Shown here: positions 1 to 7,179 of the stretch, piece after piece | Position numbering within the stretch: position 1 is the stretch's first letter | Layout: each line of letters opens with the position of its first letter | Assembly: GCA_964555945.1 (NCBI GenBank) | Contig: CAZKUL010000001.1 | Span: 1 to 57,459, forward strand | From: an uncultured Planctomycetales bacterium | GTDB taxonomy: Bacteria > Omnitrophota > Gorgyraeia > Zapsychrales > Fredricksoniimonadaceae | Direction: 5' to 3' | Length of the DNA: 57,459 nt | Translations under genes and position numbers: made by a program | Notes under the pieces: model-generated | Database searches by the model: none | What the model was told of the DNA's origin: nothing | Seen by the model: only the letters and a program-made list of their open reading frames with translations

Positions 1-302
1 AATCTTTTATACCAGAATTATCTACGGCTGTCGAGTAGCTTCTCTTAATATCTATCGATGCGCTTACCATTATAATTAAAAACATATTCATTTTGAGGGT
101 TCCTTAGGGTGTTTATTAAGACAGTTTTAACCTGCTCATTTATAGGCAACTCTCTTTTTTCTCCATTCTTGGTTTCATGAAGGTATAGTATATTTCTCTT
201 AATATCCACATCCCGCCATTTTAAGCCTAAAATCTCTGCCTTCCTCATGCCTGTATTAAGAGCAACTATTACTATCCCTTGATGGCTTGAATTTTTATTT
301 GT
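1..302 (-). pseudogene. tyrosine recombinase (phage-type integrase) remnant, N-terminally truncated and frameshifted
   Basis: Minus-strand frame open 302..48 reads ..HQGIVIVALNTGMRKAEILGLKWRDVDIKRNILYLHETKNGEKRELP.., the box-I Arg region typical of tyrosine recombinases. An in-frame TAG at 303-305 leaves no N-terminal domain. After the TAA at 45-47 the family-like sequence continues in another frame (..IKRSYSTAVDNSGIKD) to the window edge. Confidence 0.6.
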
Positions 303-328
303 CTAATTTATTAGTTAGACAAATAAAA
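293..328. repeat. 14-bp perfect A/T-rich inverted repeat (293-306 / 315-328, 8-nt loop) at the integrase truncation point
   Basis: tttatttgtctaa-tttattag-ttagacaaataaa read directly. No flanking T-run, so it is not a canonical terminator. It contains the stop that truncates the integrase frame. Confidence 0.6.
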
Positions 329-371
329 TACTAAAAAGTTCCTAAAGATCTTTATTTTATTTAAAAAACAA

Positions 372-1151
372 CTATTTTTCTTTTGGCTCCCAAGTCCAAT
401 ACAAACCCAAATAAGAAACAGCATTATTTTGACCTGTAAAAGAATGTCCTACAGAGAATAGCAAACTAAAATCTGAAGTAAAATTATACGCCCCCCCAAC
501 GTTAAATAAAGTAAACCCTCTTTCCCCCACATCACTGGCCTCTTGGGCAAAAACTTCTCCACCTAAAGAAAGATGTTCACCAAATTCGCGTTGTACAAGC
601 AATCCTCCAAAGCCATAATTACGCGTACCAGGACTATCATTTAATGCATATCCGCCACCACCATCAACAGTCCAATCACCCCAGCTTTTTTGCAACCACA
701 CCGGGAGTTTATACCATGTCCTACCGTTACCTAGACCTCTGTCAGTATCTCCTGTAGGAAGTTCAAGGGCAGGAAAAATTGCAATCTGTGGACGATAATC
801 TGTTTCTGTAAGGAATCGGTACTTCGCCCCTACTTCCATGTCTCCGATACCGTAATGACTAAGATCATCTTGTGGTGGAGAATAGTATTCAAGAGGTGCT
901 ATTACGTGTAACTGTAAATTAGGCGATGCCCCATAATTATACTCTACAGCTGGTCCTTGGATAGTATTAGAGTCATTCGTTTTATCCACAGTGGAGAATA
1001 GGTATACTTCCTGATGTTTATAATCTACCGTCTCAGGGTCATCTGTTAAAAATGGTGACCCAGCCAATGCCGAAGTAGACAATAGCAGGTTAAATAGAAA
1101 CAGCACTAAAAAGGGGGAATATTTTTTAAAATAAATATTCTTCTTAGTCAT
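372..1151 (-). CDS. outer-membrane beta-barrel, MetA-pathway/phenol-degradation-type hydrophobic-compound transporter family
   Basis: 259-aa ORF with a signal peptide (..LLLSTSALA). Has GSPFLTDDPETV, GIGDMEVGAKYRF and LELPTGD..GLGNG motifs plus alternating beta-strand pattern and a C-terminal aromatic residue, as in this OMP family. Confidence 0.6.
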   Translation of the reverse strand: MTKKNIYFKKYSPFLVLFLFNLLLSTSALAGSPFLTDDPETVDYKHQEVYLFSTVDKTNDSNTIQGPAVEYNYGASPNLQLHVIAPLEYYSPPQDDLSHYGIGDMEVGAKYRFLTETDYRPQIAIFPALELPTGDTDRGLGNGRTWYKLPVWLQKSWGDWTVDGGGGYALNDSPGTRNYGFGGLLVQREFGEHLSLGGEVFAQEASDVGERGFTLFNVGGAYNFTSDFSLLFSVGHSFTGQNNAVSYLGLYWTWEPKEK

Positions 1152-1237
1152 GGCAATGATAATACCATAATCTAAAATCTTGTCGATAAGTTGTAATACT
1201 CTGGGAATGCCTTAATGGTTCTTGCTGCAGAAAACGA

Positions 1238-1555
1238 CTATTGCTTTACCGTTACACCTTTAAAATCTTCAACTTTACCTATCTGTTTTAAATACTCAGC
1301 TATTTTACTAATGTCGTTTTTGGTAGGAACATCCGCTACCCCAGCGTCATTAATCGCTTTCTTTACTGTTTGGCCATAAGCATTCCAAGGGTGATGCCAT
1401 GGGTAAACAGCCATATGGCAATTTATGCATTTAAGTTGCGCTTCAGGATAATCTTTTTTATAAGCTTTCATCACGATTGAATCTGCGTGTGCCATGTTAC
1501 TTAAACCGAAACCTAATAATATCTCCAATGAAAACACTAAACTTTTAATTGTCAT
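1238..1555 (-). CDS. small periplasmic monohaem c-type cytochrome
   Basis: 105-aa ORF with a signal peptide and a single CxxCH haem-binding motif (CINCH). Confidence 0.6.
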   Translation of the reverse strand: MTIKSLVFSLEILLGFGLSNMAHADSIVMKAYKKDYPEAQLKCINCHMAVYPWHHPWNAYGQTVKKAINDAGVADVPTKNDISKIAEYLKQIGKVEDFKGVTVKQ

Positions 1556-1575
1556 ATCTTATCCTTTCCAATTTT

Positions 1576-2334
1576 TTATTTCCTTTTTAACTGCATTAAA
1601 TTTTCTTTTGTAAAAAATGAATCAGGAATATCCATTCTTTGTATTTCCTTGTAATCCATCACTGAGCATTGATCATTAATAACTCCATCTTTTATAACTA
1701 AGCGAGAAGGTCGCATTTCGCCTGCCAATGCTTTATAGTCCTTATAAAAACAAACTGTTAAGAATCGTCCGCTAACCGCATAAAATTCTGCTTTCAAAGG
1801 CCAAAAATTATCAAAGGCAACCCATAATAAAATCCTGCCATAGGTGGCATTTTTATTTTTAGGGGTTAATTCCAGCTCCTCATATTCCTTGCCATCTATC
1901 TTCTCATGACGAACAATATTTGCATTGTAATCATAAGAAAAACATGTTCTTGCAATATCGCCATTAGCAACATCTCCTGTCATTCTTTCTTGTAACGACA
2001 AGTGTATCGGTTTTGAAACCTGTGGAAAGAACGCCATAAAATCCTGACCGTGCATTAAAAGACATATTCCGTGCTCCCTTTTTGGCTCTAGAGTCCTAAC
2101 AACAGTGTTCTCACGTCCCTTAATAAAAAGCTCATAAGTACTCGTATGTATAGGGCGATTTGGTTTATAGGAAGTAACAGATACTACTAACCGATAATCA
2201 AAATCAGGACTTCTAATATCATCAACTTTTCGAAGGATTTCATTGGCCGTTAGTTCTGTCTGTGCCCAGCTTTTTCCTAATAATAAAATAAGACATCCTA
2301 CTAAAAATAAACCTGCGATGCTTTTTTCTAACAT
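1576..2334 (-). CDS. LolA-like outer-membrane lipoprotein-sorting protein family
   Basis: 252-aa secreted protein (signal peptide ..GKSWA). Its length and its position directly downstream of an FtsX-type ABC permease/ATPase pair are typical of LolA-like partners. GGAG Shine-Dalgarno upstream. Confidence 0.55.
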   Translation of the reverse strand: MLEKSIAGLFLVGCLILLLGKSWAQTELTANEILRKVDDIRSPDFDYRLVVSVTSYKPNRPIHTSTYELFIKGRENTVVRTLEPKREHGICLLMHGQDFMAFFPQVSKPIHLSLQERMTGDVANGDIARTCFSYDYNANIVRHEKIDGKEYEELELTPKNKNATYGRILLWVAFDNFWPLKAEFYAVSGRFLTVCFYKDYKALAGEMRPSRLVIKDGVINDQCSVMDYKEIQRMDIPDSFFTKENLMQLKRK

Positions 2335-2346
2335 AAATACTCCGAC

Positions 2347-3615
2347 CTATCGATTCCTCAACGCTTCTGTAATTACTAATCGTGATGCCCTATATGCAGG
2401 ATAAAAAGCAGATAGCCCTCCTATGAGTATTGAAAAAATAAACGTGGAAAATAAAATTCTGGGGACAATCATAGGGTGAGACAACCATCCGACATTTCCT
2501 CCTGGCGGCGGGGGCATAGTAATGCCAATACAGGACACTATACGCACGATTGCACACCCTAAAATAACACCCAGAACGCCTCCTATAAACCCTAATCCAA
2601 TGCCCTCATAAAGAAATAGGACAACAACCCCTTTACTTCTGCTCCCCATAGCCATGATCGTTCCAATCTCACTGATCCTTTCCATCACTGACATACTCAT
2701 GGTGTTAAAAATACTCAAAACAACTACAATAAATATGATCACTTTCATGATCAAATAGAATTTCTTAAACAAATTAACAGTTTGTGTATAGAATTCCGTC
2801 AGTTCATCCCATGTCTTCATTTCTAAATCAAAATGCTTTTCTTGGAAAAGGGATTTTAATTTATTCTTAACTTCTTGTGTGTCGTCAGTATGATGCAGCT
2901 TTATCAACAAAGATTGAACAGATTCGGTATTAAGAAATTTTTGTGCTGTTTCCAAAGGCATTCTTAAAAAAAATTCATCAAAGTCTTTAGAAGATGTATA
3001 AAACACACCCCTGATCTTCATATCCAACGCTGTGGGAGAACCATCAACAGTATTCGTTAATAACGTAACAGTCGAATGAGCCTTAGCATCTATGCCAGCA
3101 GCAAGCCCTGCGCCTAAAATAACCCCATACTCATCATTACTATCAAGGCCTCGACCAGTCTTTAAAGTGGTCACCCCCTGCTTGACTCCTTCTTTATATG
3201 CTTTTCTCAAATCTGCTACTGCTTCTTTCGACAAAGTCCTTTCATAGCGAGGGTCCACCCCTTGTCCAATAAAAGAGACTGTATTGTTCCCCGTACTTAA
3301 AAGGCCGGAAAATTGAATGCGCGGCGTCACATAATTAACTTCCGGCAATTGACGTATTACCGATATTACTTCACCACTATTCTCAATTAAGTAATTAAAA
3401 GGGTCCGTCCTCCCTTTTTGATTGAATCCTATTTTATAAACTTGAATATGCCCGGTTTGCGCTTCAATAAAACCTTCTCTTAATTGTAAAAAGACATCTT
3501 CAAAAAAACCTCCTATAAAAATAATAGCCACACAACCAAAAACAATCGTCGAGATGGTTATTAAAGATCTCGTTCTATGACGGAAAATATTGCGGACGGC
3601 TAATTTCAAAATCAT
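2347..3615 (-). CDS. ABC transporter permease, FtsX/MacB-type with large periplasmic domain
   Basis: N-terminal TM, roughly 250-aa periplasmic domain, then 3 C-terminal TMs (FtsX fold). Start moved to MILKLAVRNIF (ATG 3615), which overlaps the ATPase stop as TAATG. Confidence 0.8.
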   Translation of the reverse strand: MILKLAVRNIFRHRTRSLITISTIVFGCVAIIFIGGFFEDVFLQLREGFIEAQTGHIQVYKIGFNQKGRTDPFNYLIENSGEVISVIRQLPEVNYVTPRIQFSGLLSTGNNTVSFIGQGVDPRYERTLSKEAVADLRKAYKEGVKQGVTTLKTGRGLDSNDEYGVILGAGLAAGIDAKAHSTVTLLTNTVDGSPTALDMKIRGVFYTSSKDFDEFFLRMPLETAQKFLNTESVQSLLIKLHHTDDTQEVKNKLKSLFQEKHFDLEMKTWDELTEFYTQTVNLFKKFYLIMKVIIFIVVVLSIFNTMSMSVMERISEIGTIMAMGSRSKGVVVLFLYEGIGLGFIGGVLGVILGCAIVRIVSCIGITMPPPPGGNVGWLSHPMIVPRILFSTFIFSILIGGLSAFYPAYRASRLVITEALRNR

Positions 3616-4283
3616 TATTTTATTTCCCCATCCCAAATCTTGACGACACGGTCTGCCTGATCTATTATCTTTTGATCGTGCGTTGAGAAAATGAACGTGG
3701 TTTTATTTTCCCGATTCCTCTTTTTCATCAATGCAATGATCTCCTCACCTGTCTTATGGTCAAGGTTAGCTGTCGGCTCATCAGCCAATATAAATAAAGG
3801 GTCACGAACAATAGCTCTTGCGACAGCTACCCGTTGTTGCTGCCCCCCGCTTAATTCCAGGGGCTTATGTTTTGCAAAATCTGACAACCCAACCATAGAC
3901 AAAGCTTCTTCGGCCTTTCTTCTTTTTTCTATCAGAGACATTGGTTTGAATAAAAGAGAATATTCAACATTTTCAATAGCGGTCAGCACAGGGAAAAGAT
4001 TGAAATTCTGAAAAACAAAACCGATCTTCTGGGCCCGGACATCGGCAAGTTCATTAGGGGTCATGTTTATAATCTGTTGCCCGTCAACAAACACTTCCCC
4101 TGAACTCGGTTTATCAATACATCCCACGATATTAAGAAGAGTTGTTTTGCCGCTGCCTGAAGGGCCAGCTATAACCAAAAACTCTCCCTTATTGATTTTG
4201 AGATTGACTCCCTTTAATACTTCAACAGATATTTCATTCAAAGAGTAATCCTTAAATAAATTATTTACTTCAATAAGATGCAT
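3615..4283 (-). CDS. ABC transporter ATP-binding protein (LolD/MacB-like)
   Basis: Walker A GPSGSGKTT, ABC signature LSGGQQQRVAVARA, Walker B FILADEPT. Confidence 0.9.
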   Translation of the reverse strand: MHLIEVNNLFKDYSLNEISVEVLKGVNLKINKGEFLVIAGPSGSGKTTLLNIVGCIDKPSSGEVFVDGQQIINMTPNELADVRAQKIGFVFQNFNLFPVLTAIENVEYSLLFKPMSLIEKRRKAEEALSMVGLSDFAKHKPLELSGGQQQRVAVARAIVRDPLFILADEPTANLDHKTGEEIIALMKKRNRENKTTFIFSTHDQKIIDQADRVVKIWDGEIK

Positions 4284-4312
4284 TTGTTTTCCTAATGGCT
4301 GATATAAAAGGT

Positions 4313-5671
4313 CTATACTATCGTCCGGGTAACCACTCCCAGAGCTTCACTCCATAATGTATCTGAAGTATGGATCATGTCTGTTACTTCGGTCATTGAC
4401 TTAACAAAATAATCGAGCTGGTCAGACGTCGTGACCAAAGGCGGGACGACCTTAAGGACCATAAAATCATTGCCGCAGATCTGAGTTAAAATTCCCTTCT
4501 CTCGAAAAAGCTGCATAACCAAAATCTGGCCGAAAATTGCAGGATGAATATGTTTGATAGTTTCAAAAGATATCTTACGGCGCAATTGCTTTGGTGCCTG
4601 CCACTCGATCCCGGTGAACATCCCTATCCCACGAACGGTCTTAAACATCTCATATGGGGCCAGAGCCGTACTCAGACGTTCCCGCATATTTGCTGCTAAA
4701 GCGGCACTTCTTGAGCCCCATCCTTCAGTCTCCAACACATCGAGCGTGGCAAGTACCGCACGCATGGATAGGACATTTTCACTAAAAGTCGAAGCATGAA
4801 TATTGGCTCTTTTTAAAGAACTGTAAACTGCATCTGAAATCTTTTCTGACATCAAAACTGCCCCAACTGGCACAAAACCTCCACTCAAGGCCTTAGCTAA
4901 GACAACCATATCCGGCTGGACATTATAATGATGAGCAGCCAAAAACGGTCCTGTTCGCCAAACGCCTGTCTGTACTTCATCAAGTACGAAAAATGTCCCA
5001 TAGCGATGACATAATCGTTGAACTTCTTGTAGATAATTCCCCTCCGGCAAAAGAATTCCGGCTTCAGACTGCATAGGTTCAAGGATAAAGGCAGCAAATT
5101 TTTTGGTCTTCAATTTCTCTTCTAAGGCCTTTAGATCATTAAAAGGAATTGCTTCTGTATCCGGCAACAAAGGGCCAAAACCTTCCCGCCACAAAGGATC
5201 ACCCATCAATGACAGAGCACCACAAGTCAATCCATGAAAAGCACCATGGCAATAAAGCAATCCAGCTCGCTTGGTATACGCCCTTGAGAATTTGATCACA
5301 ATCTCAACACCTTCACTGCCGGAATTGCAAAATACGACGCGCTTCAACTGCCCGCCAGACAACGCACATAGACGTTGAGCGGCCATCCCAGCCAATTCCG
5401 GCACATGGCTCTGTAGCATGACCGGACCTTTCCGATCCAGCTCATTTTTTAAGGCAGCAATAATCGATGGATGGTTGTGACCTGCATTGTACACACAAAA
5501 ACCTGACAAGAAATCCAGGATACGACGAGCATCAGAAGTAAATAACTCCGTTCCTTCGCAACGCTCATACTGAACGTTCATCTGCAAAAGATCTAAAAGA
5601 CGCACCCACTGTGGATTGATATGCGAAGCATATGCACCCGCTTTTGATCTCTCCGATACAGCTTGTTCCAT
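4313..5671 (-). CDS. class-III PLP-dependent aminotransferase (acetylornithine/putrescine aminotransferase-like)
   Basis: 452 aa with SGSEG, DEVQTG and PLP-lysine context VLAKALSGG. AGGGAG Shine-Dalgarno upstream. Confidence 0.85.
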   Translation of the reverse strand: MEQAVSERSKAGAYASHINPQWVRLLDLLQMNVQYERCEGTELFTSDARRILDFLSGFCVYNAGHNHPSIIAALKNELDRKGPVMLQSHVPELAGMAAQRLCALSGGQLKRVVFCNSGSEGVEIVIKFSRAYTKRAGLLYCHGAFHGLTCGALSLMGDPLWREGFGPLLPDTEAIPFNDLKALEEKLKTKKFAAFILEPMQSEAGILLPEGNYLQEVQRLCHRYGTFFVLDEVQTGVWRTGPFLAAHHYNVQPDMVVLAKALSGGFVPVGAVLMSEKISDAVYSSLKRANIHASTFSENVLSMRAVLATLDVLETEGWGSRSAALAANMRERLSTALAPYEMFKTVRGIGMFTGIEWQAPKQLRRKISFETIKHIHPAIFGQILVMQLFREKGILTQICGNDFMVLKVVPPLVTTSDQLDYFVKSMTEVTDMIHTSDTLWSEALGVVTRTIV

Positions 5672-5692
5672 TCCATTGTCTCCCTTTGCAAC

Positions 5693-6256
5693 TCAACTAT
5701 TCATAAATCCAATGTTATACTGCACAGCAACTTCATCACTCACATGAATAAGCCCCAAAATACTAGGGGGCTTGAGTCCATAGTCTTTTAAATGAATAAG
5801 CATTTGCCCCTCACACATAAGGGTATCCCCCTCCATATGACCTTTTGATATCAGTGTTACAGGATGAGAAATGTTATGCATGGTCATAATGCCTGTGAAT
5901 TTAATCTCCCCGACTTGATTTTCAATAATTTTCGTAATATCCGTATCATTAAAAACGAAATGAATCTGTGGATATAGAGACGCATTAAACATCTGATACA
6001 TATTTTTATCACGCCCAGGTTCATCTGTTGTAAAACTAGCAACATCTACATCGACAAAACCTTTCGCTAAATTTAGTTTTTTCTCAAGAATTCCAGATAA
6101 TTTTCGTGCCGATCCATTAAAATCATGCAAGGTTGATTTACACATAAAACCGAGCCTACTTTTTTCTGACACAACATGCCATTGTCCAGATGCTTGAACA
6201 TATCCGCCACCAAACACAAATAATATAAATAAAAAAATCTTAAGAAATCTCGACAT
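5693..6256 (-). CDS. YceI-family periplasmic lipid/polyisoprenoid-binding protein
   Basis: 187 aa with a signal peptide and a YceI-like pattern (SRLGF..KSTLHDFNGS..., TDEPGRDKNM, HNISHPVTL). First gene after motif copy 1. Confidence 0.7.
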   Translation of the reverse strand: MSRFLKIFLFILFVFGGGYVQASGQWHVVSEKSRLGFMCKSTLHDFNGSARKLSGILEKKLNLAKGFVDVDVASFTTDEPGRDKNMYQMFNASLYPQIHFVFNDTDITKIIENQVGEIKFTGIMTMHNISHPVTLISKGHMEGDTLMCEGQMLIHLKDYGLKPPSILGLIHVSDEVAVQYNIGFMNS

Positions 6257-6349
6257 AAAAATTCTCCTTATAAGTTAACTTATTACAGCTTATCAATTGA
6301 TGGATATTTGATGTAGAGAAAAGCTATTGTGGAAGCACAAATGAAGGAA

Positions 6350-6393
6350 GAAAATTGCAGTTATGGACTTAAACCCTGCAAAATTTTTCAGGG
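6350..6393 (-). promoter_or_regulatory. triple-TGCA promoter/operator module, copy 1 (upstream of the YceI-ABC-OMP operon)
   Basis: Minus strand reads CCCTGAAAAATTTTGCAGGG-N13-CTGCAATTTTC. It shares core sequence and 10/21-bp spacing with copies at 14220, 17996 and 20412. Confidence 0.6.
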
Positions 6394-6412
6394 ATGGGGC
6401 TTGTTTAAAATT

Positions 6413-7153
6413 TTAAGGTTTTGATATATAAAAAGATGCTAGTATTCTTCTATAGAAAGGATTAACGACCTTGATATAAATATCCTTTCGTCGTCTTTCA
6501 GAGGGACGCTCAATACTCACATGTGTCAAAAAGTGTTTACTAAATCGCAAGTCAGGCATGTTTATTTTATTTTGTAAATCAATCCATTCTTGCGAAGACA
6601 AGGCAGCCAAAATTGATTTAAGATATTCTTCCTTCATCGTTCTATTGTAATTGATACCAAGGATATTTACACAAATGGCGTTCATGAATTTTGAATGTCT
6701 GACTAGATCCCTGATGATGATTGCCCCATCGATCTTCACAACGCGTTTTATTTCAGAAAGCATCTCTTCAGGCTGAGGCAAGTGATGGAGCATATTTTGA
6801 CAAAAAACAGCGTCAAACGTTCTATCATCAAAGGGCAGCCCTTTCGCATCTCCTTTAATAAAATTAATTTTGTTCGAAACCCCCTCCCTAGATGCATTGC
6901 GGGATGCAAATTTAAGCATCTCATCTGAAAGGTCAATAGCAGTAACCTGAACATTGGAGGTGTTCTTGGCGACCAATATAGCATCCCAACCCGTACCTGT
7001 ACCGATTTCAAGAAACTTCCCTTCAGAAGGACTAAGATTTATCACAGTTTCTGCAAAGCCTGCATGAACTATATTCAAATATCTACCTACAACCAGATCA
7101 TAGGCAACCACTTCTTCTGTAGAAGTCATGACTTCTTTTTTAAAAATTCTCAT
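6413..7153 (-). CDS. class I SAM-dependent methyltransferase
   Basis: 246 aa with SAM motif I LEIGTGTG and post-I acidic residue. Last gene of the T3PKS operon. Confidence 0.8.
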   Translation of the reverse strand: MRIFKKEVMTSTEEVVAYDLVVGRYLNIVHAGFAETVINLSPSEGKFLEIGTGTGWDAILVAKNTSNVQVTAIDLSDEMLKFASRNASREGVSNKINFIKGDAKGLPFDDRTFDAVFCQNMLHHLPQPEEMLSEIKRVVKIDGAIIIRDLVRHSKFMNAICVNILGINYNRTMKEEYLKSILAALSSQEWIDLQNKINMPDLRFSKHFLTHVSIERPSERRRKDIYIKVVNPFYRRILASFYISKP

Positions 7154-7179
7154 ATAGTTACATTTTTAATTTAAAATAA

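Noticed and set aside
3691-4248. Plus-strand ORFs inside minus-strand genes. Examples: 3691..4011, 4063..4248, 13809..14186, 21357..21680, 25334..25663, 25992..26387, 39496..39900, 43004..43432.
   Set aside because: They are shadow ORFs antisense to genes with strong family motifs. Their composition is low-complexity or atypical, and they lack Shine-Dalgarno sequences and recognisable domains.
4532-4543. GAAAATTGCAGG inside the aminotransferase gene as a fifth copy of the TGCA module.
   Set aside because: Only the half-site is present. There is no TGCA dyad at the 16-17-nt distance, and the sequence lies within coding sequence.
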